DNA of 63,608 bases, filler included, from Chiloscyllium plagiosum (GCF_004010195.1; 5 parts of one record of this genome joined end to end with filler, not necessarily neighbours in it), one strand, 5' to 3'. Shown: positions 25,341 to 37,894, numbered from the whole stretch's first letter. Numbers and translations are program-made. Notes: a model not told the origin generated them from the letters alone.

Positions 25341-25440
25341 NNNNNNNNNNNNNNNNNNNNNNNNNNNNNNNNNNNNNNNNNNNNTTAATTAATTAANNNN
25401 NNNNNNNNNNNNNNNNNNNNNNNNNNNNNNNNNNNNNNNN
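25341..25440. other. Artificial scaffold-joining spacer
   Basis: 44 N + TTAATTAATTAA + 44 N. Confidence 0.95.
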
Positions 25441-25810
25441 TCACTCTAAACTTCTGCCTGTCAAGCCTACAGCCTGCAGGACGCAACGTTGTCTTCTCCA
25501 ATTTGAAATGACATTCCTACCCATGTCCCTTCTCCAATTCCAGCCCATCTCCCTCCTTTCCATTCCACCTAACGACAATGTCTTCCAGTTCCCAACAGGA
25601 TTAATCCCTCGCATCGCCCAATCACGTGTCCATGCATCCGTACCTCACCGTCCCGCTGCTCTCCCCATCCCAACCACTCCCTTCCCTCTTTACCTGCAGC
25701 GCTCCCTACCCCCACCCCGAGTCCTGAAGACCGGTTGTACCTGAAATTTTGAGTTTCCCACCTCATGATGCTGCCTGTATTGCTGTGTTCTTCCATCCTC
25801 CTGTTTGTCT
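25441..25810 (+). mobile_element. Penelope-like 3' end fragment; first 250 bp nearly identical to 26386-26645
   Basis: Direct near-identity with 26386-26645. It ends in a terminal-repeat-like GATGCTGCCTG...GCTGTGTTCTTCCA. Confidence 0.65.
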
Positions 25811-26270
25811 CCTATAACTCAGGAACGTAGAGTCGAGTCAGCACAACATGCTGGTAGGCAGGAACCAAGAGTTGCCCATTGAAGTCCTTGAATCTCTGCC
25901 CTCGGGCCAGAACGAAGACATTCAGTTCCTCGAGACACTGACACATGAACAGAAGAGGTCATTCAGCCCCACCAAACTGTTACACTGAAATAGGAGGTTA
26001 TCATTGATGCTACAGCACGACAAACCAATGAAGCAGAGACTACACAGACAGACTGCTCCATATTGTTCCTCCTGGCCCCATTGCTAATGGTACACACATG
26101 TTACGTTAACATGCTTTGCTGACCACGAGGAGAGAAAGTGATTGTTGTTTTTCTGCCAAGTACCGAGGAGGCATCTTCCAACTCCGAGATGTTATGGACT
26201 AGGCTAGACCACTCAAAACAGCCTGAAGCAGGCATCCCAGAGCATAACTTGGCAATATATTTCAGTAAGT

Positions 26271-26706
26271 CAGGCAACATCCAGGGAACAGGAGAATCGA
26301 CGTTTCGGGCATAAGCCCTTCTTCAGGAATGCAACACATTCCTGCTCCTCGGATGCTGCCTGACCTGCTGTGCTTTTCCAGCATCACTCTAAACTTCTGC
26401 CTGTCAAGCCTACAGCCTGCAGGACGCAACGTTGTCTTCTCCAATTTGAAATGACATTCCTACCCATGTCCCTTCTCCAATTCCAGCCCATCTCCCTCCT
26501 TTCCATTCCACCTAACGACAATGTCTTCCACCTCCCAACAGGATTAATCCCTCCCATCGCCAAATCACGTGTCCACGCATCCGTACCTCACCGTCCCGCT
26601 GCTCTCCCCATCCCCCCATCCCAACCACTCCCTTCCCTCTTTACCTCTTTTCCAGCAACACATTTTCAGCTCTGATCGCCAGCATCTGCAGTCCTCACTT
26701 TCTCCT
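26271..26706. mobile_element. Penelope-derived insertion with inverted terminal repeat and 18-bp TSD
   Basis: Flanked by CAATATATTTCAGTAAGT at 26253-26270 and 26707-26724. Confidence 0.85.
26293..26330 (-). ncRNA. Minimal type I hammerhead ribozyme motif in the Penelope terminal repeat
   Basis: Minus strand AUUC-CUGAAGA-A-GGGC-UUAU-GCCC-GAAA-CGUC-GAUU: CUGANGA box, stem II, GAAA, palindromic ACGU in place of helix III, and GUC triplet. Confidence 0.7.
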
Positions 26707-27359
26707 CAATATATTTCAGTAAGTGTATAATAAAGATTACCCGGAGTAATTTAGCTGATTGACTACGCGATTTTAAAGCAGGCAAAAACTTGATGCATAA
26801 AATTACAAAATGAAACACAAAGAACAGAATAAAAAATCCCGACAGAATTCAACCCATTCATCTCAACTTAATTATGCTGTTCCGAATATACACAACTCTC
26901 CCTAAAAGCAAACTCCCAATTAAAACCAATATCAGTGGAATACATGCTTCCAAGTTGAAGTTTAAGGTCAGAAAAGAGAAAGAGTTCCACACAGCACTCT
27001 GTTGAACTTCGCAGTTCAAGACTCAACTGAAAACTACTCCGCTCAGCTCAGCTAGTACAGCGAGAAGAGCTCACCACTCCCCATTCATTATACAGGTCAC
27101 TAATAAATCATGGCCACTTCGGCCTGAAGTCTCATCTGTTTCCATATAAACAAATGCCCTCTGAAAATCCTTTTCATCTCAGTAACAAACCAGACTGATC
27201 GGAGCCCGGCCCCGTTTTATTGTCCCTCTGAAAAACATCAAGGACAGAGTCTCCTTGAGACAAGGAACAATTTTTGGACAAAAAAGGGACTAACTTTGTG
27301 ACATCTCCCAATCGCTTGAAAAAAATAACCAGAATACCAGAATTTATAGCTTTAAATTA

Positions 27360-27600
27360 AGGGGGGGTAGATATAGGACTGAAGTTAGGGGTAGGTTCTT
27401 CACTCAGCGAGTCGTAAGTTCATGGAATGCCCTGCCAGTAGCAGTGGTGGACTCTCCCTCTTTATGGGCATTTAAGCGGGCATTGGATAGGTATATGGAG
27501 GATAGTGGGTTAGTATAGGTTAGGTGGGCTTGGATCGGCGCAACATCGAGGGCCAAAGGGCCTGTACTGCGCTGTATTCTTCTATGTTCTCTATGTTCTA
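27360..27600 (+). mobile_element. Young 5'-truncated CR1 3' end inserted in the Gypsy element
   Basis: Encodes FFTQRVVSSWNALP and ends in TTCTATGTTCTCTATGTTCTA. Confidence 0.85.
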
Positions 27601-27731
27601 ATACAAAAAGATGGTTGCATTTTTATTCATTCAAACCCAATTGTATATACTATACTAACTGAACATGCAAACACGCACAAACCCATGCAAATTCAGGCCG
27701 CTGCATACCCACCACCGAACGCCTCGGTATC

Positions 27732-28071
27732 TCATTGGAGTCTGACGACCTCATCAGTTTTCATGTTTTCGCGCCCTGCCACATGCACAATTGTCAGATT
27801 GAATAGCTGCAACAACAAGCTCCATCTACACAATCTGGCATTTTTGTGCTTGAATCTTTCCACAAACGTCAATGTGTTGTGATCAGTGTCTATGATTGTC
27901 TCGGATGCATTGTTGGTAATATAAACACTGTTATGTTTTAATGGCAACACCAAGCTTAAAGTCTCTTTCTACACCGTTGAACATTTCTGTTGATACACGT
28001 TCGACTTCTTAGAAAAACACACGATGGATCTTTCTATTCCCTCGTCATCCTTCTGAAGGAACACCAGACTG
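27732..28071 (-). mobile_element. Ty3/Gypsy pol RNase H C-terminus (degenerate)
   Basis: SKK...QQKCSTV...ETLSLVLPLKH..VYI...DTDHNTLTFVERFKHKNARLCRWSLLLQLFNLTIVHVAGRENMKTD. Confidence 0.85.
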
Positions 28072-29229
28072 NNNNNNNNNNNNNNNNNNNNNNNNNNNNN
28101 NNNNNNNNNNNNNNNNNNNNNNNNNNNNNNNNNNNNNNNNNNNNNNNNNNNNNNNNNNNNNNNNNNNNNNNNNNNNNNNNNNNNNNNNNNNNNNNNNNNN
28201 NNNNNNNNNNNNNNNNNNNNNNNNNNNNNNNNNNNNNNNNNNNNNNNNNNNNNNNNNNNNNNNNNNNNNNNNNNNNNNNNNNNNNNNNNNNNNNNNNNNN
28301 NNNNNNNNNNNNNNNNNNNNNNNNNNNNNNNNNNNNNNNNNNNNNNNNNNNNNNNNNNNNNNNNNNNNNNNNNNNNNNNNNNNNNNNNNNNNNNNNNNNN
28401 NNNNNNNNNNNNNNNNNNNNNNNNNNNNNNNNNNNNNNNNNNNNNNNNNNNNNNNNNNNNNNNNNNNNNNNNNNNNNNNNNNNNNNNNNNNNNNNNNNNN
28501 NNNNNNNNNNNNNNNNNNNNNNNNNNNNNNNNNNNNNNNNNNNNNNNNNNNNNNNNNNNNNNNNNNNNNNNAATGGATCATTCCAGACTATTCTCAGATG
28601 TTTAAATCTCCTTTTTATGTCTCTGCAGCTGCTGATCCCTTTGAGCGTTGGAGTTGATGCATCTGCTGCTACAATGGCATAAACCATTGCAAGAGGTCCC
28701 TTACCAATAGGAGACAGAAAACATCCAGTGAGACAACTAGGTTCCATGGGGACTAAAATCACTCACAGTCACTGAACAAACAGCTCGATTTAACCCCTTT
28801 CAGTATGGTTCCTTCAGTTCACAAAAACTACTGGACTGGATTGAACGTTGGCACCGTTGGCTATTGATCACATCTCCCATCACCCATTGCTCTCGTGAAG
28901 TTAGTAGTGAGGGAGAATGATGCATGTTTTCTTATTGCAGGCTAGATGATTCTGCTGCGTTCTCCGTTTGCAATACTGTAACCTGCTGAACCTCCCACCA
29001 CCATCACCCTCAAAAACCACAATCTACATGCTGTTAGCGTGCAGATCTCTCCTCGACTAGAACAGGCACCATCCAATATATTTACATGTGGATATATTTG
29101 CACTCCAGTACATAGGAAATGTGAATTTGCCTGGACATTCCTTTAATTGGTATAATAAGGCAATTTTTTATCTTCAACTTTCAATGTGCTTCAGCACTTT
29201 TTTAAATATAAACTCACAAACACCTTAAC

Positions 29230-30260
29230 ACACTTTATGAAGCACAAGTTTCTTCACATTCTCCTCATGGTAACATCATGCCAGGGTTTAGTCTGGTGAA
29301 ACCCTTTTGCTGATTACACAATACATCTAACAGTCTCTCAACAAAACACTATCATTTGGAAAGATACATTTACTCTGGTACTTTAATCATTTTTTATGAA
29401 GAGCCACATATCATTTACTTCCTGCTGCGTAAAAATTCAGTTTGTGATTTATGAACAAGCACATCCAGGTCTGTTTCAACAACAGCACTTCCCAACCTCT
29501 CACTATTTAATGAACATAAATGTGAATGATGCTATTTGTCGTTCATATCCGAAATATTTTATATCTTGCGAAGAACTATTGCACAAACACTGATCCTTCA
29601 ATCCAGATAATTATCCTACTCTCTTAATTCTCTCAATTATACAACTTTTAATACATTCGGTGTATTCCACCCCTATCTACCCATGGACTCTAACATTCCC
29701 TACTCATCTGTATTCAACCATGTCAAATGTCTGCTGAAAATTCAAAGTTTTCATTCCCACTGGTTCTCAATTGTCGATGTCACAATGGACAATCTCCACA
29801 AAGTCCAGCAGATTTATTAAAGATTAAGATCATTTCCCCTTCCTGAATCTAGATTGACTCGACCGAACCATGTCATTATTTTCCAAGTGTCTAATTGTCA
29901 CATTCCTCACAAACGGTTCCAATGTTTTTCTCACAGCTTACATCAAGCTCACCACTGTTTAGTTTGCTGTTTGCTCTCTCCGTCCTGTTTTAAATATTTA
30001 GGTTTACAATAGTTGCTTTCCAGTCTGGAGGATCCTTTCCAGAATCTCACCAGCTTTGAAGAATAATCAGTAATTCTTTCACGAGCTTTACTGCCACCTC
30101 CTCAATACTCGGGGCTGTAGCTCATCAGATGCAGCAATATACCAACCTTACCTTCAATGAGATTTTGAAAGACATACCCTTTATTAATTCTAATTTCCTG
30201 ATATTCCTTATTTTCAGCAGTCACTCTGTTCCCTTGTATTTCTGGAAATTTATTTCTGTA
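29230..30260 (-). mobile_element. Old CR1 RT-region fragment
   Basis: Degenerate antisense CR1 RT sequence, similar to 34040-35510 and 55200-55700. Confidence 0.55.
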
Positions 30261-31399
30261 TCTTTCTCAGGGAGATGGCACAATATATTGCTCTCAGTGG
30301 ACAGATGGGTTCTGTCAGCCAGTGAATATATCAGAGGACTGCCTTCCGGTGATGATGGATATGTTACTCACCTCTGCCTGGAAAGTTCCAGAATTAATCC
30401 AGTTTAATTTATGGTGAGCATTAGCACAGTCCTTTCACTGGTGTGGGGCTACACAGTATATTGAAGGTTGGGACACAGCTCAGTGACCATCTCAATATTG
30501 AAACAAACTGGTTTCATACCTCACACCTGGTCCAGCTTAGACAAATGTCCCGGGAACTCCCAGGAAAGATAATGCAATGTCCTGAACTTCCCTATTTATT
30601 GAGCTTTCTTTCCGTGGAGCCTCACCTCCATTTGTTTACCATGGACCCAGTCACTCTGTAAATGCAGTGAAAAGAGTGGGGAAACCAGACCCAGCAGCTA
30701 ACAACACAAACCCGAGATAAGCATCCACAGAAACTCCACTGATTTCCAATGACAGGAACAAGTCAATTCCCCACACAGAACGTGCACGCGCTCAGTGTTG
30801 AAAACTATTTCCACTCCTGAGTTTCTCTTCCTGGCTGAGAAAGCCGTTGCATCTCTGCACAGTCCCACAGTAAGAGGTTCTCTCTCCAAAGAAGCAGTTG
30901 ACAATGTAGCATTAACTTCCTCTACGTCTCCGCAACTATAAGGGCAGCACCAGTATTGCTGATGGATTTGATTATCACACTCTGAGAAGAGAGATACAGG
31001 GAACCTAATTCACTTTAAACAGGGACATATCTAAATGGACGCGAAATTCAGGAATATGGGAAAATGGGGAAATGTGAGAAAAGTTTCCCATTCTGTTTTC
31101 CTTTCAGTTTATCATCAGCAATCCCTTTGCTCACTTTTCATTTATTTTCCTCTCTTTTTCTGGCCGTTTCTCCATCCATTCAATTTAAACCTAGCCCCCA
31201 CTCTCTCTCCAACCCAACCATCCATGATACCTGGATAAATAATATTATTTCCCAGTTTGCTTTCAGTTGTGAAGCAGAATCAGACCGTTATCTGCATTTC
31301 TCCTGACAGGCTGCCATACCTGCGAGATTCTCCAAAACTTTCAGACGTTGGAGAATCTTATTTTCGATCTCTAGCACCCACAGTTCTTTGATTTATTTC

Positions 31400-31770
31400 A
31401 CCTTCAATGTTGTTGTTTCACGGGATGCCAGCATCACGGCCAAGGGCAGCATTTGTTGTCCATCACTAATTGTCCTTGACCACGCGGCCATTTGTCAAGA
31501 CAAAATGGAGCTCACAATGTTGTTGTGGGTCTGAAGTTATACTGAGCTCAGACTGGGCAATAATGTTAAGTTTTTTTTACCAAAGACTACCAGTAAAATA
31601 ATAAAAATAAATCTTAACGGTTTCTTGTTTCCATGAGTGAAATTAGGTTTTATTCCAATTTTTGTCATTCGAATTTAAGCTCTGGCATCGGTTGTGGTAG
31701 GATGTTAAACACTGCCTTGGAGTCACAGCCCGTGCCTCTGAATTACCCGTCTAGTTACATGATCACTCTG
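31400..31770 (-). mobile_element. tRNA-derived SINE (second family), degenerate
   Basis: Reverse-complement similarity to 49915-50270. Confidence 0.6.
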
Positions 31771-32548
31771 ATACATAGTCTTTATTGCCTAGTCCGTATT
31801 CCCTAGCCCCTGCCAAAGAGAGATGACGCTGAAATCACTTTAACTGACAACAATCAAAAGGATTTTGGGAAAAAAGCGAAAGAGAGATTGAGAGACAATT
31901 TCATGTAAGATCACAGGTTTCAGAATGCTGAAATGAAGACATTTCGACAGCATTCTGCAACATGAGCCAGTATTCCCAAGATGATAGATGAAAGGGATTT
32001 TGGCATCAACAAAGATGATGGAGAGTTTTAGGTGAAAGTTTGTCTTGCAACTTTGTAACTGGGTGTGGGGTCAGCAGAGTCTTCGACTCATTGGGCTGAA
32101 TCTAACAATAGTTTGTCTCAGTTACATTTTTATTGAGTGTGACAGAACTAGTTTCTTGGTGTTATCTTATCAAAGTCACTTCATTCACTACCCACTCAAT
32201 CTCATAGTGTTCCTCGCATTCAATGCCACCCCAGTTCTCCAACCCAACATGGCTGGAGGGACTCACAATCGCACTGATGCCCCTGGATATTCTATGATCA
32301 CTGACACTGGTTCTTTCTTTCAAAGGCCAATGGGCACACTGTTGTACTTCCTCAGTTTGGAGCCACCCTGCACAGGTGATCCCGAGCATGGCCAAATAAG
32401 GGGAACTAACACCACGATTTTTCAACAGGGGCACAGAGGTCCTAGTGAATGGGCTAGAATAGGGGGGTCCATTATCTTCCCAGAGGAGACCTCATCACCA
32501 GCCCCACCGAGCATGGTCTGAGCTACCACCCAGCTCAGTGCAGTATCT

Positions 32549-32668
<120 letters not shown>

Positions 32669-34039
32669 TGAAAATGTAAAATTCCAGATAGTGTTCCAAA
32701 GAAGTCCCATTTTCAGGTACAGGAATTTTCAGTCTTTCAATACCCTGGGTTCCTGCAAAAATATGCACTTATTTTATATCCAATCACAATCAGTAATTCT
32801 GGTTATTTCACTTTATCTCACTTTATTATATTCAGCCAAACAATGCTTCTAAACACTTGTCCCGTTATGAAATACAATTTTGAGCATAGAACGTTTTATC
32901 CTCAGCTGTTCTGTTGACAGTTATCTGAATTGTATCATTTCCTTGTTAGGAAAGTTTCTCTTGCTTTTTCGCTGTGCCTGTTTCTGTCTGCAACAGTTAC
33001 ACTGTCTTCCATTCAGTTGGCTGGACGGCTGGTTTGTGATGCAGAAGGAGGCCAGCAGCACAGGTTCAATTCCCCCACACTGACAGAGGATACCATGAAG
33101 GGGACGCTCTTTCAACAATGGGCAATCTAGCATGGCCAATACACTGTAAGCTGCACATCTGTGTTCTTTGGGAGGAAACTGGAGCTTTGGGAGGGAATCC
33201 ACACAAATATGTGGAGAATGTTCAACTCACCTGAGTTTGGAAGTGAACACGGTTCCTTGGTGATGTGGGCAGCAGAGCTAGCCACATATCCATCATACAC
33301 TTCAGTTAGTTCTGTTAATTACTTGTAGCTGACTAAAGAAATCCAACTGACTTGTTCTGATAACTGAATCTGACAGAGTCTTAGACCTTTATCATCGTCC
33401 ATATCGCCAACCTGGTTACATTTAAAATTTGTTGTGAGCAGTGGAGGAGTGGGATTAGAAATAGAAACAGTGACACCCTTCAACTCAGTCAGAACCGCAG
33501 TGAGGAGAAAGTCACAAAGTTGGAATTCTCTCACCCAGACGTTTGGGAGGGCTGAATCTTCATATTCACCTGTCTGGTTTTCCATAGACAGGTGAATCAG
33601 GAATCATTGTGAAATCAGAGAAAAGTGCAGCTGGGAACACAATGACATGAGCCATGAGTTTATTGACTGGTGGAATAGTATCAAAATGCAGAATGGCCCA
33701 GTTGTTTCTATCAGCCCCATGTTCTGATGTTCCATTCAGCCCTTCGATCCTGCTGTACAGGACCTGATTGAGGTCACTCCAATGGTTTGGTGTACTTTGG
33801 CAAATGCATTGGAAAGTCCAGGCTGGGTCAGGAAGTGACCCCCACCCAATCCCTCTGTCCAGGCTTCCCCTCTCTTAATTTCTGCTCCTGGTGTAGGTCA
33901 TGTTACAGGCCCAGATTCATCTTGAATACAGCCCCCATGCCCCACACAAGGTCAACTCAGACAAATCTTCTGCTGTCTCTGAATGAAACATTTTACATCA
34001 TGACTTCCAGGAAAATAATCAAAGTATTTTCTAAAAACA

Positions 34040-35510
34040 TAAATAAGAACATAAGAAATAGGAACAGGAGCAGGCTATTCGGCCCCTTAGACCTGCGCTG
34101 TCATTCAATAAGAACATGGCTAATCTACTCCACGGTTTAACTCCACTTTCCTGCGAACCCCTTGCATCGCTCAACTCGCTGAAATGTCACAAACCAATCC
34201 ACCCGTCTGTAAATATAATCAGTGACCCAGCCTCCACAACACTCTGGGTGAGGAAATTCCAGCCATTCACTACCTGCTGAAGGAAGACATTTCTTTAAAT
34301 CTCAGTTTGAAATCGATATTCCTTATTCTGTATCTACATGCCTGACTTCGAGAATCTGTCCTGGTGTAGAACCATATTCTGATCACCGACCTTGTCAAGC
34401 GCCTCTGTGTCTTATCCGTTTCGGTAATGACACCCTCATTCATTTAAACCACAATGAATAATCGCCTCAGCATTTTTGATGTAATCAATAATTCAACCCT
34501 TTCATCCCAGGAACCAGTCTAATGAACCAACATTTCTGCATCAGCATGCTGACGTTATGTTTCATATACAGGAACAGTCCAATCCGTTGTACTGCTCCTT
34601 TTTTGGGAGTCCTCTCCATTTAATAACGGCCTGCCTTTTGGTCGTCAGTGTCATCCTCAAACTCGGATGTATATTGCACTCAGCTCCGCCATCAGGAGCT
34701 ATGTGCAGATCTTGTAAGCAGCTCTTGCCATCGGACTGATATTTGTGGTACTCCAGTAGATACACTTTTTTTCATAATGATCGATGAATCCTGACTCTCA
34801 GATTTCTAAGTGTTTACCAAGTGTCATCCCATGCTAATGCATTACCCATCATACTATTAGCTTGTGTCTTGTGTAAGAACCTTTATTTTGTGATACCTTG
34901 TGGAAAATCTCTGGAAAGCCTCATGTCTACCACTTCCCCTTTATCAAGGCCACTTGTTACATTCTCATAAATTTCCAGAAAAATTTTGCATGATTTTACC
35001 GGCAAAATATAGTTCGCCTTTAACAAGACCATGCTGACTCTGTATGAAGCTTTTCTAAATGCTCTGCAGTCCCTTCCTTAATAACAGACTCTCACAGATT
35101 CCCAGAAATAATAGTGAGGCTAAGTGTTTCCTGCTTTTAGTCTCTCTCGTTTCTTGAAGACAGGAGCCAGATTGGAGGATCTCAAGTTTCACTGGATCAC
35201 TCCTTTAATCCAGAGAGTTCTGGAATATTTCACACAGTGCCACCAGCCACTCTGTGAACACTTCTTTTAAAACTAGCTATGAATTGTTGATGACCTGTTT
35301 CCCCTTGGTCTTATCTGTTTGAGAATTGCCTTGTTACTTCTGTTATAGACAGTTCTAGATCTTTCTTCCTATTACCATTTTGCTTGTACCATTGAAATAT
35401 TTACAGCACCTTTACCTGTGAGAAACGATGTAAAATAGTGGTGTAAATTATCTGTCTGTTCCCAGTATCCAGTTCCCCAGTTTCACCCTCCAAATAGATC
35501 ACATTACATT
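34040..35510 (-). mobile_element. Old CR1 LINE with internal deletions
   Basis: Tail seen on the plus strand as TAAGAACATAAGAAATAGGAACAGGAG, followed by antisense RT-like sequence. Confidence 0.7.
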
Positions 35511-35760
35511 ACTGTATAGAAATAGGCCCTTCGACCCAACAAGTCCACACCGACAAAGCGAAACCCACCCCTACCCCTACCCCTAACCTAACACTACGGG
35601 CAATTTAGTATGGCCAATTCACCTGACCTGCACATCTTTGGACTGTGGGAGGAAACCGGAGCACCCGGAGAAAACCCACGCAGACACGGGGAGAACGTGC
35701 AAACCCGGGTCTCAGGCACTGTGAGGCAGCAATGCTAACCACTGAGCCACCGTGCCGCCC
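35511..35760 (-). mobile_element. HE1-like V-SINE
   Basis: Head GGGCGGCACGGTGGCTCAGTGGTTAGCATTGCTGCCTCACAG, V-core and CR1-like tail. Confidence 0.9.
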
Positions 35761-35764
35761 AAAA

Positions 35765-36625
35765 TAGGTGTTCAAAGTTTGGGAGAAGATTTGTAGCTCG
35801 GGTGTTCGTTGTTGTGGTTCTGTTCGCCGAGCTGGGAATTTGTCTTGCAAACATTTCGTCCCCTGTCTAGGTGACATGCTCAGTGTTTGGGAGCCTTCTG
35901 CGAAGCGCTTCTGTGATGTTTCCTCCGGCATTTACAGTGGCCTGTCTCTGCCGCTTCCGATTGTCAGTCCCAGCTGTCCGTTGCAGTGGCCGGTAGATTG
36001 GGTCCAGGTCGATGTGGTTGTTGATAGAGTCTGTGGATGAGTGCCATGCCTTTAGGAATTCCCTGGCTGTTCTCTGTTTTGCTTGCCCTATAATGGTAGT
36101 GTTGTCCCAGTCGAATTTATGTTGCTTGTCATCTACGTGTGTGGCTATTAAGGATAGCTGGTCGTGTCGTTTCGTGGCTAGTTGGTTTTCATGGATACGG
36201 ATCGTTAGCTGTCTTCCTGTTTGTCCTACGTAGTGTTTTGTGCAGTCCTTGCATGGGATTTTGTACACTACATTGGTTTTGCTCATGTTTGGTATCGGGT
36301 CCTTCGTTCTGGGTGAGTTGTTGTCTGAGAGTGGCTGTTGGTTTGTATGCTGTTATGAATCCTAGTGGTCGCAGTAGTCTGGCTGTCAGTTCGGAAATGC
36401 TCCTGATGTATGGTAATGTGAATAGTCCTTTGGGTTGCGGCATGTCCTCGTTCCGTTAACGTCTAGGAATGGGAGTTGGTTGTCCTTTTCCTCCTCTCTA
36501 GTGAATTGGATTCCTGCGAGTGTGGCGTTGATGATCTGGTGTGTGTTCTCTATTTCTGTGTTTTTAATTATTACAAAGGTGTCGTCAACATATCTGACCC
36601 AGAGTTTGGGTTGAATTTGAACAAA
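35765..36625 (-). mobile_element. Penelope-like element fragment: partial RT and GIY-YIG endonuclease
   Basis: LWVRYVDDTFVII...EEEKDNQLPFLDV; TLPYIRSISELTARLL; NVVYKIPCKDCTKHYVGQTGRQLTIRIHE...HKFDWDNTTII. Confidence 0.92.
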
Positions 36626-36629
36626 CAGT

Positions 36630-37420
36630 CTTACCGCAAGGAGCATCTTGTTCATGTTGAGGGCAGTGCATGTATGGACTGAACTGCCAGATGAAGGGGT
36701 GGAGGCTAGTACAATTGCAGCATTTAAAAGGCATGTGAATGGGTGCATGAAGAGGAAGGATTTAGAGGGATAAGGGTGAACCGCTGGCAGATGGGAATCC
36801 ATTAATGCTCTCCGTTATTGGTCAATGCATTGAATAGAGAAGCTGGGACGTCATATTGTGGCTGGACAGGACATTGATTAAGCCACTTCACGAATTCTGT
36901 TTTCAGTTTGAATTACTCAGTTCTGGGAAGGATGTTGTGAAACTTGAAAATGTTCGGACAAGATTTACAAAAACATTGCCAGGATTGGAGGGTTTGGGCA
37001 ACAGGGAGAGGCTGAATATACTAGGGCTATTTTCTCTGGAGAGTCAAAGACTGATAGGTGACTTCATGGAGATTTATAAAATCACGAGGGGCGTGGATAA
37101 GGTGAGCAGCCGGGATCCTATTTCCTCAGGTGAGGTGCGTCCAAAACTGGAGCACATGGGTTTAAATTGAGAGGGCAAAGATTTAAAAGGAATCTAAGTG
37201 GCAACATTTTCAAGCTGAGTGTGGTGTGTGTATGGGAGGGGCTACCAGATGAAGTAGTGGAGGATGATAAAATCACAACATTTAAAAGGCACCCGATTGG
37301 GTACATGAATAGGAAGGGTTTTGAAGGTTACAGGTCAATAGCTAGTAAGTGGGAATCCATTAGTTTAGGATTCCTTGTTGGCACGGACGAATTGGACCGA
37401 ACGTCTGTTTCTTTGACAAT
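36630..37420 (+). mobile_element. CR1 3' fragments (two pieces)
   Basis: KDVVKLENVRTRFTKTLPGLEGL...LGLFSLESQRLIGDFMEIYKI. Confidence 0.85.
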
Positions 37421-37894
37421 AAATTAAGATGCATTTCTCTATTTTGCTGAGAGCTAGCTGAAGCACAGATAATTATCCTTGGAGCTGAGAAGGTGAAGCA
37501 GTGATTTCGACCTGGTGCAGATTTGGTTCCAAGGTCTTAAATTTGCAGAGAGAGTGGAATTGTTAACACTGTCACAATTTTTAGTAACTACTTTCAAGTA
37601 ATTGGCAAATAATACAGGGTGAACATGCGAACACTAGTTTACTCAGTAAGTTCTGAGCATCTGGAACAGTCTGAACAACACAGATTCAGCAGGTATTCTG
37701 AAATAGACTTGGAATTTTACTTTTTCAAGAAAGATTTGGGGGCCGTGGGCACATGGGCGAGGACTTGGGCCAAATTTGCAGCATCTCCAGAGGGAGAGTA
37801 CAGCCCCAACGGGCTGAATAGCCCCCAGGCCCTGTGCTCTGTGATACTGTCCCATTCACTGTGAATGAAGCAGCTCATCCCAGGGCAGAGAGGG

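Larger units (their letters stand above)
26190..27303 (-). mobile_element. 3' LTR of a Gypsy element, interrupted by a Penelope-derived insert
   Basis: TGTTAT...GTGACA termini. A purine-rich PPT-like tract abuts 27303 on the minus strand, and pol RNase H lies just upstream. Confidence 0.7.

Noticed and set aside
24988..25392. His/Pro/Ser-rich 134-aa ORF
   Set aside because: It is a translation of the 34-bp minisatellite running into a gap.
32045..32521. 158-aa ORF, and a faint retro-protease-like peptide on the minus strand
   Set aside because: No recognisable motif; a non-ATG start and the length are compatible with chance.
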